Positions 1 through 12,940 of a stretch of 64,000 bases of DNA are shown here, piece by piece (position 1 is the first letter of the stretch; each line of letters begins with the position of its first letter). Origin of the DNA: Antedon mediterranea (Eukaryota; Animalia; Echinodermata); NCBI RefSeq assembly GCF_964355755.1, contig NC_092670.1, positions 18,090,795 to 18,154,794 on the forward strand, read 5' to 3'. The translations under genes were made by a program, and so were the position numbers. The notes beneath the pieces are model-generated. The model was not told the DNA's origin, searched no databases, and worked only from the letters and a program-made list of their open reading frames with translations.

Positions 1-55
1 AACAGTAATTTCAGTATGTAGAAATTGGTACTGAGAGAGCTAGGCCTATACTTAC

Positions 56-3000
56 TGTTTCTTGAGTTTCTTGCCCTGGCTACGTGATATGCTCATTGTC
101 CCGTCGTGGATAATTTTAGTTGGTTTTTTACAGAGCAAGATATCTCGTTGGTTACGAAGAGCTTGTCTTACATCTCTGATAAATATAAATAACATTAAAA
201 AACATAAAACATGGTACTGTGTTGGATTTGTAAATCAATCTTTTAATAATTTGATTTAAATGTACTTAGGCTTGCTTATATACTTAGGCTTGACTTAGAT
301 GTAGGATAAAAGCGCTTACTTACTTTTCATTGCCTTGTTCTGAAAACAAAAACTTCACCAAGATGTTGTCACTCTCGCTCATCACATCTTGAAGATTTTG
401 GCTAAAAGTGTCTCGATTCTTCTCAAGAAATCCGTTTGCGTCATACATAATCTATAACGTAGCAAAAAAAGTCTACTTTCATGATTTATCCAAAGAAATT
501 TAAACAAACATAAAATAATAAATATTGTAAATTTCTAATTAACATTATTATATAATAAATTATAATAATAATATTGGTAGGCTTTATAGCTTCTAATACA
601 ATGTTTCTAAGCGCTTTACACACACAAAAATCCATAAAATATTCTTAGATAACCAAAAAAGAGGAACCATTTACATAATAACATATAAAACATATGTCCT
701 AATCTGGGAATTACTAAAAATTACTAATTATTGTACTTTACTTACATTCCTACTTTTTTTAAAGTTATGTTTCTTTTAATTATTTATAAAAACGTACTTT
801 AATTCGTAAAACCCAATTTCCAATAAGTACATTCATCCAATCGAAAACGTTCGTTCGTATTCTTAATCAGAGAATATACTGATACAGGTTTTGGTAGAAA
901 TAGAACCGGTAACAAAATTCGAAAACAAAAAAAAACATAGCTGGACTGATCTTGTTTAAAAAGATGATGTTTTAAAGCAAGATTCCAACTAAATGCTTTT
1001 GAAGGTACCCTACCATTATATCATATGCTTACTTACATCTGCTGCGAAGTGTTTGATTCCAAAGACCGACAGTCCGCTATTTTTCTTCGCAGGTTTAATC
1101 ACGTTTGAATGTTTCCCGTGATTTGATATTATTTTGCTGACCAGTGATTTATCTGATGCTTTTGGAAAACGACTTTCTTCATCCAATATTGCGAATATAC
1201 CAAGTGGTTTCTAAATATAAAGGTCGAAGGTCAAATACGGTCAAACAGTATTACAATATATCACAACCAAATATGGCAACATTATTACTATATATATAGC
1301 AATAGCGACAATGCCAGATAACTATAATTACTTGTCTGGACACAACTTTTCAATCGTTTATCAATGAAAACAAGATCAATATACCATAGTGGAAACATGG
1401 TTATAACATACAACTAATTACCCCAAGAAATAGGTCCAAAGTGGCTTGATTATCGGTAAATTTGATGCTAGATTTGGGAATTCCTTCTTGTGAATATTCT
1501 TGTAGTTCCCACGCAAATATACGTTGATTGAAGTAGAATTGAAGTTGTTCGTTGGTTACGTTTATACATAGTTGTTCGTAGCTGTTTTTCTCAAAGTTCT
1601 CAAATCCGTAAATGTCTAGGATTCCTACCTCGCAACCAGGTTGACCCCTGCAGATAGTTTTGTAACATTAAATAATGGAATAGTGTGATTGAAAACGGAA
1701 ACTGTAGCAACCATGGTGCCGAAAATGAATATGTAGATGATAATGTTGGTGATGATTGCAATAATGTAAATGTAGGGGATCGGAATAGCATAAATAAAAA
1801 CTGTAGAAGATGTCATATACAACTAAAGGGGCATTCACACTTGTTCCGTTTCGCGAAACGGAACAGGTGTGTATGCCCCTTAAGGGTCCCTTTGTTTCGT
1901 ACAACTGCCACCAAACGGCGGTCGTTCATTGTCTGTCCATGACATGAGTTAAGATGGACCGGTACACATGTGCAATCCCCTACTTATAAGATGCACTGGA
2001 TTCTTGTACACGAGGACGTATACACTGGACCTCCATAATACTTCCTTATGCGATAAGACTTGTGTTCATAGCGAAAAGACCACGAAGATGATGAGGATGA
2101 AGATGGTGACAAGCACTAATGGTAATAGCGATGATGATGTTGATGGTAATTATGACGATGATGATTATGACGATGATGATAATGACGATGATGATAATGA
2201 TGATGGTGATTATGATGACTATGTGGATGCTAAAATAAATATGATGATGGACGTTTTCCACTTACGCTTGAGATTCGTCGGGAGCCAGTAATGTGTTGAT
2301 TTGACGAACAATCCAACTAAAGAGACGACTGTAGAGTGCTTTGGCGAGAGCATCACGTCCATCTTTGGCTTTGTCCACATTCTTTAAGGTTAAGATCCGC
2401 TCACCTGTAAACAGAATTTGCAATATCGTAATGTTAGGTCTACACAAGTGTGTTAACTTAGTAAAATAATTGACAGCTTCTGTCGAATAAATAAATGAAA
2501 AAATATACCAAAATAAGACAACAACAAGTAGTATAATACAGTAGAACATATATTAAGGGGACACCTTCGGAAACCAACAAATAAATATGGGTGGGGCCGG
2601 GGCGGGATAGGTGGCCGTACATATTGCCCCTCCTACCTTTCACGGAAAAGTTCCCGCTTAATAGGAGTGTCAAATGGATAAGTAGGTTCGGTGTGTTCCA
2701 ACGAAGAGGTTCTACTGTACACTGAACAAGATATGATTTCATAAACTGAGTAAAAAATTACCTCTAGTTACATTGACGTTCGATATAAGAGCCGTTGCAA
2801 GTTCCGTAGTATCAATTGACAGAAGTTGAGATACTGAAAAAAAGAAGGTTACATTTTAAACAAACATCACAGTGTCGAAACGACTGTACATCATCTCGAC
2901 AGCAACCAAAATGCGTGACGATATAGAGGGCTCTATAATATAATACCGTACCAGTTCCGTAGTATCAATTGACAAAAGTTGAAATACTGTAAAAAAGAAG

Positions 3001-6000
3001 GTTACATTTTAAACAAACATCACAGTGTCGAAACGACCGTACATCTCGACAGCAACCAAAATGCGTGACGATATAGAGGGCTCTATAATATAATACCGTA
3101 CCAGTTCCGTAGTATCAATTGACAAAAGTTGAAATACTGTAAAAAAGAAGGTTACATTTTAAACAAACGTCACAGTGTCGAAACGACATACATCTCGACA
3201 GCAACCGCAATGTGTGACGATATAGAGGGCGCACTATAATTTAATACCAGATAATTCCAGTAATACCGGTCGATTACATTATGTACCAGCAGTACATGAT
3301 GCATCTTAATACTTAAATACTTACCGACTTTAAGAACGTACTCATCCACGATATAAGCACCATCGGTATCTTGATCGGTATCAAATTCAATATCAGCAAC
3401 TTGGACGACAGCTGACAGCATTGTGAAAATCATAAGGATGTCCTGTCAACAACAATAAATTACAATATCACAAATTATATAATGTTTGCATATTTCCTAC
3501 GACAAATAAATCGTCACCGCGTCAATGTCTACAAAACATGCATAAGCCTTCTCCATGATTGAAGGCTGTTTCCAAAGAAGTTTCTGTGCTAACGCAGGTA
3601 AATACTCTTTCACACCACTGAAAAAGCATTCTTCGATAAGACTCGCCGCTTACGATAATATAATAGGTCAACCCATTTGCGTAGTGTACACGCGTAGCTA
3701 GTGGGAACTAAAGGTTGGTTCACACTAGAGACGCAACACAAGGACGTAACGCAACATAATATAATGGAGTTGGACAATCACAAGCAATGGATTATTTGAA
3801 CTGTCGCTTGTCGTAGGTCAACACGCTTGCGTTGCCTTTACGTCATTGCGTTGCGACTCTATAGTGGGAACCAAGCATTAGCTTAATACGCACATACAAT
3901 AATCTATTTTGTTTAAGATTCACTTTCGATTGACAACATACCTCTGGAGTAAATCCAACCATTTCTAAGATATCTTGAAGCTCATCAAACATCTTCTGGC
4001 AGTGAAAGAAGTCATCTTCACTTTCGTAGATGTGACTTTTTCCGTATTTATTGAGAACCCTGCAAGATAAATTGGAACAATTATCATAGAAAGTATAACG
4101 AGTCAACCATGCTATCTTATTCTTATGCTCTGTCTACACTATCAAACTTTATGTGACAAAAAATGTGATGTGCCCAAATATAGACATGATGATATGATCA
4201 GATCACTCCATATTTGAGTATACCACTACCATATTTGGGCACATCACACTTTTTTTGTCATCTAGTTTGATAGTGTAGACAGAGCTTTACTGACAAACTA
4301 GAAAGCTATCGACGAGTTTTTCTAGACTATGACTGGAGGCACGATCTCCTTTACAAAAATGCAATATATAATGTCTTTGTACGTGCTCGTACGCCTTTAA
4401 GCTCTGTCACACTATCAAACTTTATGTGACAAAAAATATGATGTTCACATATATATGGATATGAGACGTCATATCACTACTTTATTTGGACACATCACAC
4501 TGTAAAACTAGTTTGACAGTGTAGACAAAGCTTAAGGCCTTATAACATAATAACAAGATTTTTATTCTATGAAAAATCAAACACCAGTCATGCTATTTTG
4601 TGAGTATACTACCCTTTTGAAGTATTCTTTCTATGTGTTCAGAGATTGATCTCTATTAGAGATCTGGAATCTTTTAGTATATTTTTTTTAGAAACAGTCC
4701 TTTAATTTTTTTTATTGTGTTTTATTAAAGAAATACCTGGTGAGCATTTACCTGTGTTGTTCCGGTGGGCTGAGCAGAAGACCTACCAACTGCTGCTCCG
4801 TAAGACCCGCAAACATGTAATAAAAGATGTGGAAGTTCTTCTCTCCATTCGACTGATAGATGACTCTTGATTTCTCTAATAAATATTGGTCAATCTTTGC
4901 TGTAGAAAAAAAATTCAATATACGGTTAGAATATATGAACCAATTCATCTGTTTCAATACTTGTAGTTATGCTTGGTTCCCATTCACACGGACGTAAACG
5001 CAACGCAAGCGAGTCGAGCAGTTGGAACAATCCATCGCTTGTGATTGGTAAAATCACTAGTGGAAACCCAGCTTGTTGTCATTACAGTACACCTTGTCTG
5101 AGAGAAACAGCTATGTGTAGTTCTCTTGTTTCATTTCAAGAATTTGAAAGACAAGTAACTGAAATGATGTGCTAAAAAAACCAGAAAATCTAACAACAGA
5201 ACACTGTTCGCCTTGGCAAAATAGGAACTCGTAACAGTCCTTTGATCTTATGGCTGGCTGCGACAAATACTAACAATACTGTACTACTGTATGTACAGTA
5301 GGCCTACATAGTCTCTGCGGCGCACGGCGCTCGTTAAATGGCGTGGAACTGATCGTGTCGCAGCCACAAACAAAAACCCCTGTTTAATATCCGGAGCTCA
5401 ACATCCTGTTGTTAGTTTTCCTCGGCTAAACTATCTTTTGCATGTATTCTTAGTGGGTATCCATTTTATCCGCCTAACAGTGTACTTTTAATGATATTCT
5501 TATTATCCATACCTCCTACTATCTGTCCATCGTTTGAAAATTTTAATTCAACGAATTTGCCAAATCGACTTGAGTTGTCGTTCATTACAGTTTGTGAGTT
5601 GCCAAATGCTTCCAGAAGAGGATTTACCTAATAATAAACATAAATCATTTATCGAATAATACCATGTTCAGCGGTTGCATTTGACAGCCTGTTTGTCTGT
5701 ATTTATATCCGTTTTTAATAAAGTCCCAGTTTGACTTCCTTAGTTCAACTCTGTAGGCCTATATACAGTTGTGTTTTGTGAATTGCATAACGTTTCTTAT
5801 CTATCTATTTATCTACCTTATCTCTGATACAGAAACCTAGACGCTTTATACTCATTAATTATTTATACAAATCTAGAGAAGGAAAACTACTATTTTTCTT
5901 TCTCTGAAATTCCGATGACTGTGAGGGTAGAGGTAAACCATCTATATCTTAATTTTATTCTGCTCTATATTTTTATCAAGCACTGATCTAGACGATCTAG

Positions 6001-9000
6001 ATTTACGCTTGCTACGCATAATATGAATGGTTTACATAATTTTAATTAAGTTATCTGTAATGTATTTACAGACCTGTAATGCAATAGTTATGTCTCTCGG
6101 TAAAAACGAATTTCCATAAATTATAAATCTACGGAAATCGTTATCCCATCAGCATTTCTTAATAGGTTCTTTTACAAATGTTGCTGGTAAAACTTAGCAA
6201 CAAACAGGTGTTTTGTTGCAATCAATCTCTCATTTCAGATGAAGGCTGTTTGGATGCAAACTACCAAACAGTAATGACAATACGGATGATATAATAGATA
6301 TTATTATGCGAAAATAAAATATACTCTCGTACACCAACAAGGAAACAAACAATATTAATATATTCTACTTGCATTAATCAAACTCTTTCTAAAACAAATT
6401 TGTTCATGCTTCAATACAGCCTATTACACAATTAATGTAGGCTTACACCAAAGATTATATAGCGCCGCTACGCGGCGCAAGATAGGTAACTGTTGCCAAG
6501 CTCCTATCTTATAACACTACGCGCCCAGTAAATCCATGGACGCCATTCGGGCGGCGCGGACAGGTTATTATTGTGATTTAAATGTAAATGGTTTAAATTT
6601 TGCGGTCCGCCTCGAAGTAGCTGTGGTTAACCATCTTTATGATTGATTCATGGAAAAGGGAAGAAATTATGTAAACAAAGTAAAATAAAAGTTTCTTTGG
6701 GATCTGGACACTTTCCGATTAATTCTTTGTGTTTACATTGATATGTTTGGTTAGAGAACTTCGTTCTTTAACCGAAACATCGTGGATATTGCCTTGACAA
6801 CGACTTTATTCCGGTTCAAACTTGTCCGCCGGAATGGCGTCCATGGATTACAAAGGTCTCACCCAGTTACCTATCTTGCGCCGCGTAGCGGCACTATACA
6901 ATCTTTGCTTACACATGTTTGTTTTCGTGAAGATGAACTATAACTCTGTTACTCTACCGAAAGCTCTAGTGTGCCGGAAAATCCAATCGAACGCCAATGT
7001 TTCGTTTTCACGCGGCTACGCACATATCGATTGGCGCATAGCCGCGTGAAAACGAAACATTGATGTTCGATTCGCCGGACCGGAACCGTGCCGGAACAGG
7101 TGTGAAAGACCCTTAAAGCCCGGCGCACACTAGAGCTTTCGGCTGAGCCAACTGGCACGAGTAACACTTGGCTCACTAAAAAATTTGCCGCAAACTGTGA
7201 TCGCGTTCTATTGGACGCACACTAAACGCCTCCAGTACGCGATTTTTTGATTGGATAATTACTTACTACGCTATACGGCACGCGCTGAAATATCATAATA
7301 AATCAGAAAATGTCATGCGCAGTGGAATTTTTTAGTGAGCAGGAAGCTCACGTTCGGCGCACACTTGAGGAAAATGGCACGCGTGCCAAAAAATATTAAA
7401 CACGATAGATATTTTCCTCAGCGGCACGCGTGGCCAATTCCTCACGAAATCTCCGGCGCACACTGTGAGGCAAGTGTTACTCGTGGCAGCTAGCTCAGCC
7501 GAAAGCTCTAGTGTGCGCGTGGCTTAACGCATGAAGGGACATAAAGCGGACGCGCGCGTACAAAATGCAGCATTAATCATCAGCTTTTGTACGACGCGCG
7601 TCGCGTCTCTTTTATGGTGCGCGTACGGTTTCATTTATACCTGTAAAATTTTTGCTTGTAGATTTTGTTTCTGGCTGTTACAGTGACTGATAATGTGGCC
7701 TATTATGTACTTTGCACTTTCCGTTTTCCCAGCACCGGATTCACCGCTTATGACGCAACACTGTCTACTGCGGGTCCGCTTCATGTTGCCGTAAGCTTTA
7801 TCGGCTACCGCGAATATGTGTGGCGGCATCGATTTGCGGTATGTCAGGTTTGTGTAAGCACATGATAGCTAAAAAATAATAAAGAAGTTACGTTTTAATG
7901 GTACAGTAGATTGATTTGTTGTGTAAAACCCAAATGCCTCCCAACATCATTTTAATAAATAGTCATAATCATCATTATCGTCGTCGTTCTATCTATCACC
8001 TTCGTAATAATCGATGTATTCATTTTTAATATCACTTTCATCATCATTGAAATATCATGCTGTTTTCTATAATTTTACTTACATCGTATGTGTAGATTGA
8101 CAAGGGCTGATATGGATTCACGGAAATCAAAATATCACCAATGTATGTCTGTAAAATAAAAAATCACAACAATTAAACTGCATAACGTTTAGACTGGCAC
8201 ACTAGTAGTCGTCAATGCGCAACAGTAGTTCCTATTGTTGATTACGTAATAGCCAGTACGTATTACTCCTTGTCTACATTTAAAATGTTTACGCTTTTGA
8301 AAATGTATTACGCATACAAATATCGCCTAATGTATGTGCGCATATTAATGTTTTATGTATAATTAGGCCTACACACAGAGTTTGTGTATCCAACAGACTT
8401 GTACATTTATCTATTTCTACGATACCGTACAATTATAGGAAAAATCTGCTATAGCTCGAGATAGATAACCAGTACAGTATATAAATTGCGGTTAAAGAGG
8501 GTTAGGTTTTAATTCTAATGATCCTGGTGTAAAACAAAGCAAATAACAGGAACTAGAATAGATAGGCTAAGTGTTTCATGTTCGTTTTCTAGGCCACTTA
8601 CATAGATGATATTATTTTCATAACGACGCATTAACTCCGCAATTAACGTCTTCTCGTCGAGGGTTGTCAGGACCGTCAGGTCGTCAACCAAACCAATGTT
8701 GGCCTGCGCCATGCTTTCGCGTGACTTTCGTCTGAAAAAAGAGGGGAATTAAAATATGATCATATGCCTAATAAACACATTATTAATTAATAAACATATA
8801 CTGATTACTAATATTAGACAAACGTCTGCACTGACACCATCAAATAAATTTGATTCTCCTAGTGTATCTTGGCTAATGTTATATATATATATATATATAG
8901 AATAGGCAAATTCCAAATGTGACAAAGTATATGTAAACGACGCTGTAATACGATACTTTCCTGAAAGAAACTGAACACTTTTTTAAAAAGAGTGAAGCAA

Positions 9001-10919
9001 GGCACTTTTGCTTGGTTCCCACTAGAGACGCAACAAAACGACGTAAACGTAAGGGATTTGACTAATCACAAGCGATGAATTTACTAGACTGTCGCTTGTC
9101 ATTGGTCAACACGCTTGCGTAGCGTTTACGTCCTTGCGTTGTGTGCTAGTGGAAACCAAGCTTTACATTTCGCTGTATTTGACGAAACTCGAAATATTTC
9201 GTAAACACTTTTAGCACGCGCCGTATACCATATAGGTATAGTATGTCGTAGCAGTATTAGATTTTATATGAATATACGGTAATTAATACACAACAGGATC
9301 TGGTGACGTTTAGTCTCTCTCTATTACCATATGCAAAAAATAAATAGAATTTTGAGAACACGATCCTTAATCTGGATTACACACAATTTAATTCAAAATA
9401 TAGCATAATCCTTGACAGTAGACCACAGTTAGTGGTTATTTGGTATATTAATATTTCACCATAATGGTAGGCCTATTGTTTTTGCACAATGACGAGGGTG
9501 ACAATTATTTATATGAATTCGGTCTTCAATCGATATGATACATAATAAAATTTATTTCAGCTGACATCTCGCATTTTCCTACAATGAAAAATGGCACTTC
9601 CTGTAATTCTGGCTTAAACCCAATAATCTACTATTGCACGCAACCTTACACTGTATATGTTGATGTTATAAAATCAAATCCGCAATGACATTGTGCCCAT
9701 CTTGCGCGGCCTACCCATAGCATTACCTCCTGAACTTATTTACTGATTGAAGGGGGGACAATAGACCTACCGTACTATGTAAATACAAATCGTTGAATTT
9801 TTCAAGGTTTGGACTATAAAGTGCACTCTCGCTAGAGTTCAACTTTTTTTCTTCAGTTGTATGGGTAAATTGAGATATTAGGGTTGAATGTTCAAGTATT
9901 ATAAACAACATTAACTAATGTGTGTGTGTACAGTAGGCTCTATTTAATGTTCGTGCTGTTTTTAAACATCCGGGCTATTTCCGAAATGGATCAAATAGAT
10001 ATAGGAAATAGATAGAGTTCACGTAACGGTTAGTAGGCTTATGCTTGTTGAATCTGAAAATTGTGTATTTAGGCTTCATATAGGGCCAAATGGGTACTTT
10101 GAAATTTTACTTATCCACATGTTTAATGAATAGGCATAGGCCTACATGGAGATAGTAGTAGACTATTGTGTCCACATTAAAAGTGTTTACTCCTTCATAA
10201 TTCAACATAGTGTAATGCCCTATAGACTATACACAAGATAACCTCAGTACGTAGAAGAATGTTTTACGTGGTTTTTTCTTAAACCTACTCAGGCTTCAGA
10301 TGTCACAGTAAAACGCACGTATCAACAAGATGAGACACGAACACATATACTATATAGCACCACGATCTTTGGTCGTCGCGAACGCACGCGCAAATTTCTC
10401 TGCCTGACAAAATTATCAATAATGAAACATTATCTACGTTTTAGGAACTGTGTTTCCGTGGATGTACTGTAAAGTCACAGCAAGGCATTTAACTATGTAT
10501 AGTAGGCCTATAGGTACTCAACGTTTCAGGCCTATTATAAATTATTCAAATAGTGTATTTTAAAATGTATAGACGTACGTGTGAATGTACAATGACTGTA
10601 GTACGGTACTTGTAGGCTACTCATGTACGTAAATATTGTCATGTGACAACAGTCGTACAAAACTAGTTAAACGTGTGAAACGGACAATGTGGTAGGCCTT
10701 ATGGTACGAATTTTACTTGTCAATTTAGAATCAAGTAAACATTGTCCTGTAATAGTCGTACAAAGAAACAAAGGATCTCTATCGACTTTTAAATGTCGAG
10801 TAAGGCCAGTAGGCTTACCAATATAGACCTAATAAGGAGTAGGAATTCTAACCAGGTCCAAACGAGGCCCACAAAAAGCAACCATTAAGAATACTAACTC
10901 ACCTTTTTATCCAATTCAT
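56..10919 (-). CDS. Unconventional myosin, class III/XXVIII-like motor domain; multi-exon, 3' part continues beyond the left edge
   Basis: Phase-consistent GT-AG exons: 10903-10919 (candidate MNWIK start exon), 8602-8731, 8083-8148, 7641-7868, 5513-5627, 4752-4899, 3942-4059, 3325-3442, 2762-2833, 2266-2404, 1422-1647, 1037-1210, 324-451, 56-175. Motifs: [24 protein letters not shown]-loop GESGAGKT, switch [37 protein letters not shown], switch [26 protein letters not shown]. The first exon is less certain than the rest; fallback ATG at 8712. Confidence 0.93.
1827..1880. mobile_element. 54-bp Harbinger/Tourist-like mini-MITE
   Basis: Near-perfect palindrome AGGGGCATTCACAC...GTGTGTATGCCCCT flanked by TAA on both sides (1824-1826, 1881-1883). 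Confidence 0.7.
2086..2250. repeat. (GAT)n-like low-complexity tract in a myosin intron
   Basis: Degenerate GAT/GAC trinucleotide run; source of the spurious Asp-rich and Ile-rich ORFs. Confidence 0.85.
2539..2717. mobile_element. Tc1/mariner (pogo/Tigger-like) MITE
   Basis: TA|CAGTAGAAC...GTTCTACTG|TA termini; related 'gtgtcccct/ggggacac' fragments near 17180-17260, 18370-18440 and 30600-30940. Confidence 0.6.
2800..3248. repeat. About 150-bp tandem repeat (3 units) containing a myosin splice acceptor and exon start
   Basis: Units begin at 2800, 2953 and 3103 (agttccgtagtatcaattgac...); periods 153 and 150 bp. Confidence 0.9.
3712..3877. mobile_element. Palindromic MITE family B (GCTTGGTTCCCACTAG termini, Harbinger-like)
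   Basis: Long inverted repeat; further copies at about 4970-5073 (partial), 9010-9162, 26513-26640, 50125-50298 and 59540 (partial). Confidence 0.75.
4127..4285. mobile_element. MITE family A (GCTCTGTCTACACTATCAAACT termini, Harbinger-like)
   Basis: TIRs gctctgtctacactatcaaact...agtttgatagtgtagacagagc in TA/TWA context; about 12 full or partial copies in the window. Confidence 0.85.
4401..4532. mobile_element. MITE family A copy
   Basis: Same TIRs and internal catatttggg/cacatcacac core as 4127-4285. Confidence 0.8.
6449..6907. mobile_element. Non-autonomous DNA transposon, P-superfamily-like (CA...TG ends, 7-bp TSD)
   Basis: TIR CAAAGATTATATAGCGCCGCTACGCGGCGCAAGATAGGTAACTG mirrored at 6864-6907; direct repeat CTTACAC at 6442-6448 and 6908-6914. 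Confidence 0.8.
7117..7524. mobile_element. Harbinger-like MITE with about 60-bp TIRs
   Basis: agcccggcgcacactagagctttcggctgagc... mirrored by ...gctcagccgaaagctctagtgtgcgcgtggct; TAA on both flanks. Adjacent palindromic remnants at 6975-7112 and 7526-7625. Confidence 0.75.
9010..9162. mobile_element. MITE family B copy
   Basis: gcttggttcccactagagacgcaac...gctagtggaaaccaagc inverted termini. Confidence 0.8.
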
Positions 10920-11995
10920 AATTGATTGTTTTTCTAACCAAAATATATGGCCTATACACAAATATCCGGATCGTAACTATACAGTAGGCCTCCCTGTTGC
11001 CGTATTGTAGCAAATAAAACTGATCTAGATTCGAAATCAAATCACCTAACCCACGGTTCCTTTGAGTATGGCATGTTTGAGTTGATCTCTAAAATACCCA
11101 AAGATTTTGCTCCTTTTCTGCTACTCTATTTTAATTAATCCGCCTATTCATAAAATTATATTTATGAATGGGTGACGACAAACCACACTGTTTCATCTAA
11201 CGCTACCGCAGTTACGTATAACTCAGGTATACAAGTCTTTGTTGTTGTGAGTTAACACGCTTCAGTAGTTTATTGATAATCTAAGCGAACGTGATGTCAA
11301 TCTGCTGGAACCGTACAAGCCGTTTGAAGAATGGAATATTGTTTGCAAAATCAAGTATTAATATGGTTTATTCATAATTTATAATATCAGATTTACTTAT
11401 GTTACGAACAATGTAAGATGAAAACATACGTACGTGATTAAAATCGTTTATGATCATTTCAATTCATATTTTGTCGAAATTAATAATATTAATAGCGACA
11501 TTATTAGTAGTTTATTTTACGAGATTTTAACCGGTTAGTTGGTATGCGTTAGTCCATGGGCAGTTCTTTCAACGAAATTTCACACCCCATACCTATAGAT
11601 ATAGTCTGGGTTCCAGACGGAGTTTTGACTTAATATTAGTAAAAAGATAAATATTTTGGCACATATGACGTTTCATACGTATATTACTTGAGACTTTGTA
11701 TTTCAGACAAACATCGAAAAGACTCGAAATAACTACAGACTTGGGGCAAGTCTACCATAGATATACAGTACTCGAGATATTAATGGCAAAAGTTTCGCCA
11801 ACTCAAATTTGTTTATTTGATGACGTCACTGAAGACTTCTTCCGTTAATTATTGTAATCTTGCTATGATGATTGTCATTGTCACAAACCGCCGACTGTTT
11901 GGTTGCGACATGGTACAATTTGTTTACAAAAATAGAATAGTTACAGTATTACACATACCACAATAATGATGACACAATTGACGTAACAATTCATT

Positions 11996-12057
11996 ACCGT
12001 TCATATAACATAACACCGTTCATATAACATAACACCGTTCATATAACATAACACCGT
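11996..12057. repeat. 19-bp tandem repeat (accgttcatataacataac) x3
   Basis: Direct inspection. Confidence 0.85.
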
Positions 12058-12314
12058 ACATAATTAATACCTTTTTATTACTATTTTTGTATTATATCTC
12101 ACTTTTTATATGCGTGATTCACAGCAAACGCGAATCACCATGGAAATTAATCCATTAAATACTGCATGCAATTTGATGATGATGAATAAGACACTTTTTC
12201 GCATCAAAGCTTTGTATTTGTGTTTTTTTCGATCATATCCATTGGCGGACTGAAGTGACACAAAATGATGATAATGACGATAATTCGTTGCGGAAGATAT
12301 GACATGATAAGGCT

Positions 12315-12940
12315 GGATGATGATTATGATGATTGTGACGGCGAGACAACATCATTGCAATGTTGGCGGGAGGAGATGTGATGATTTTTTTTATGATTAT
12401 GATGGTTGTGACGGCGACACCATCATTAAATGATGACGAGAGGACATGTGACGATTATTATGATAGTGACGGCGAGATGTGATGTGATGATTATTTATAA
12501 CGATTGTGACGGCGAGGCGACACCATCATTGAATGATGACGAGAGGAGATGTGATGATTATGATGATTGTGACGGCGAGGCGAAACCATCATTGAATGAT
12601 GACGAGAGGAGATGATTATGATGATTGTGACGGCGAGGCGACACCATCGTTGAATGATGACGAGAGGAGATGTAGTGATGATGTATGATTGTGATGGTGT
12701 CGATTGAATGATGACGAGTGGAGATGTGATGATGATTTATGATGATTGTGACGGTGAGGCGACACCATCATTGAATGATAACGAGAGGAGATGTGATGAT
12801 GATTTATGATGATTGTGACGGTGAGGCAACACCATCATTGAATGATGACGAGAGAAGATGTGATGATGATTTATGATTGTGACGGCGAGGCGACACCATC
12901 ATTGCATGATGACGAGAAGAGATGTGATGATGATTGTAAC
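12315..12940. repeat. About 55-62 bp minisatellite (gattgtgacggcgaggcgacaccatcattgaatgatgacgagaggagatgtgat), about 10 units
   Basis: Repeated unit with variable GAT runs between copies. Confidence 0.9.

Noticed and set aside
1968-2291. Asp-rich and Ile-rich ORFs
   Set aside because: Products of a (GAT)n tract inside a myosin intron.
12315-12940. Regularly spaced repeats resembling a CRISPR array
   Set aside because: No unique spacers, eukaryotic context and no cas genes; it is a minisatellite.
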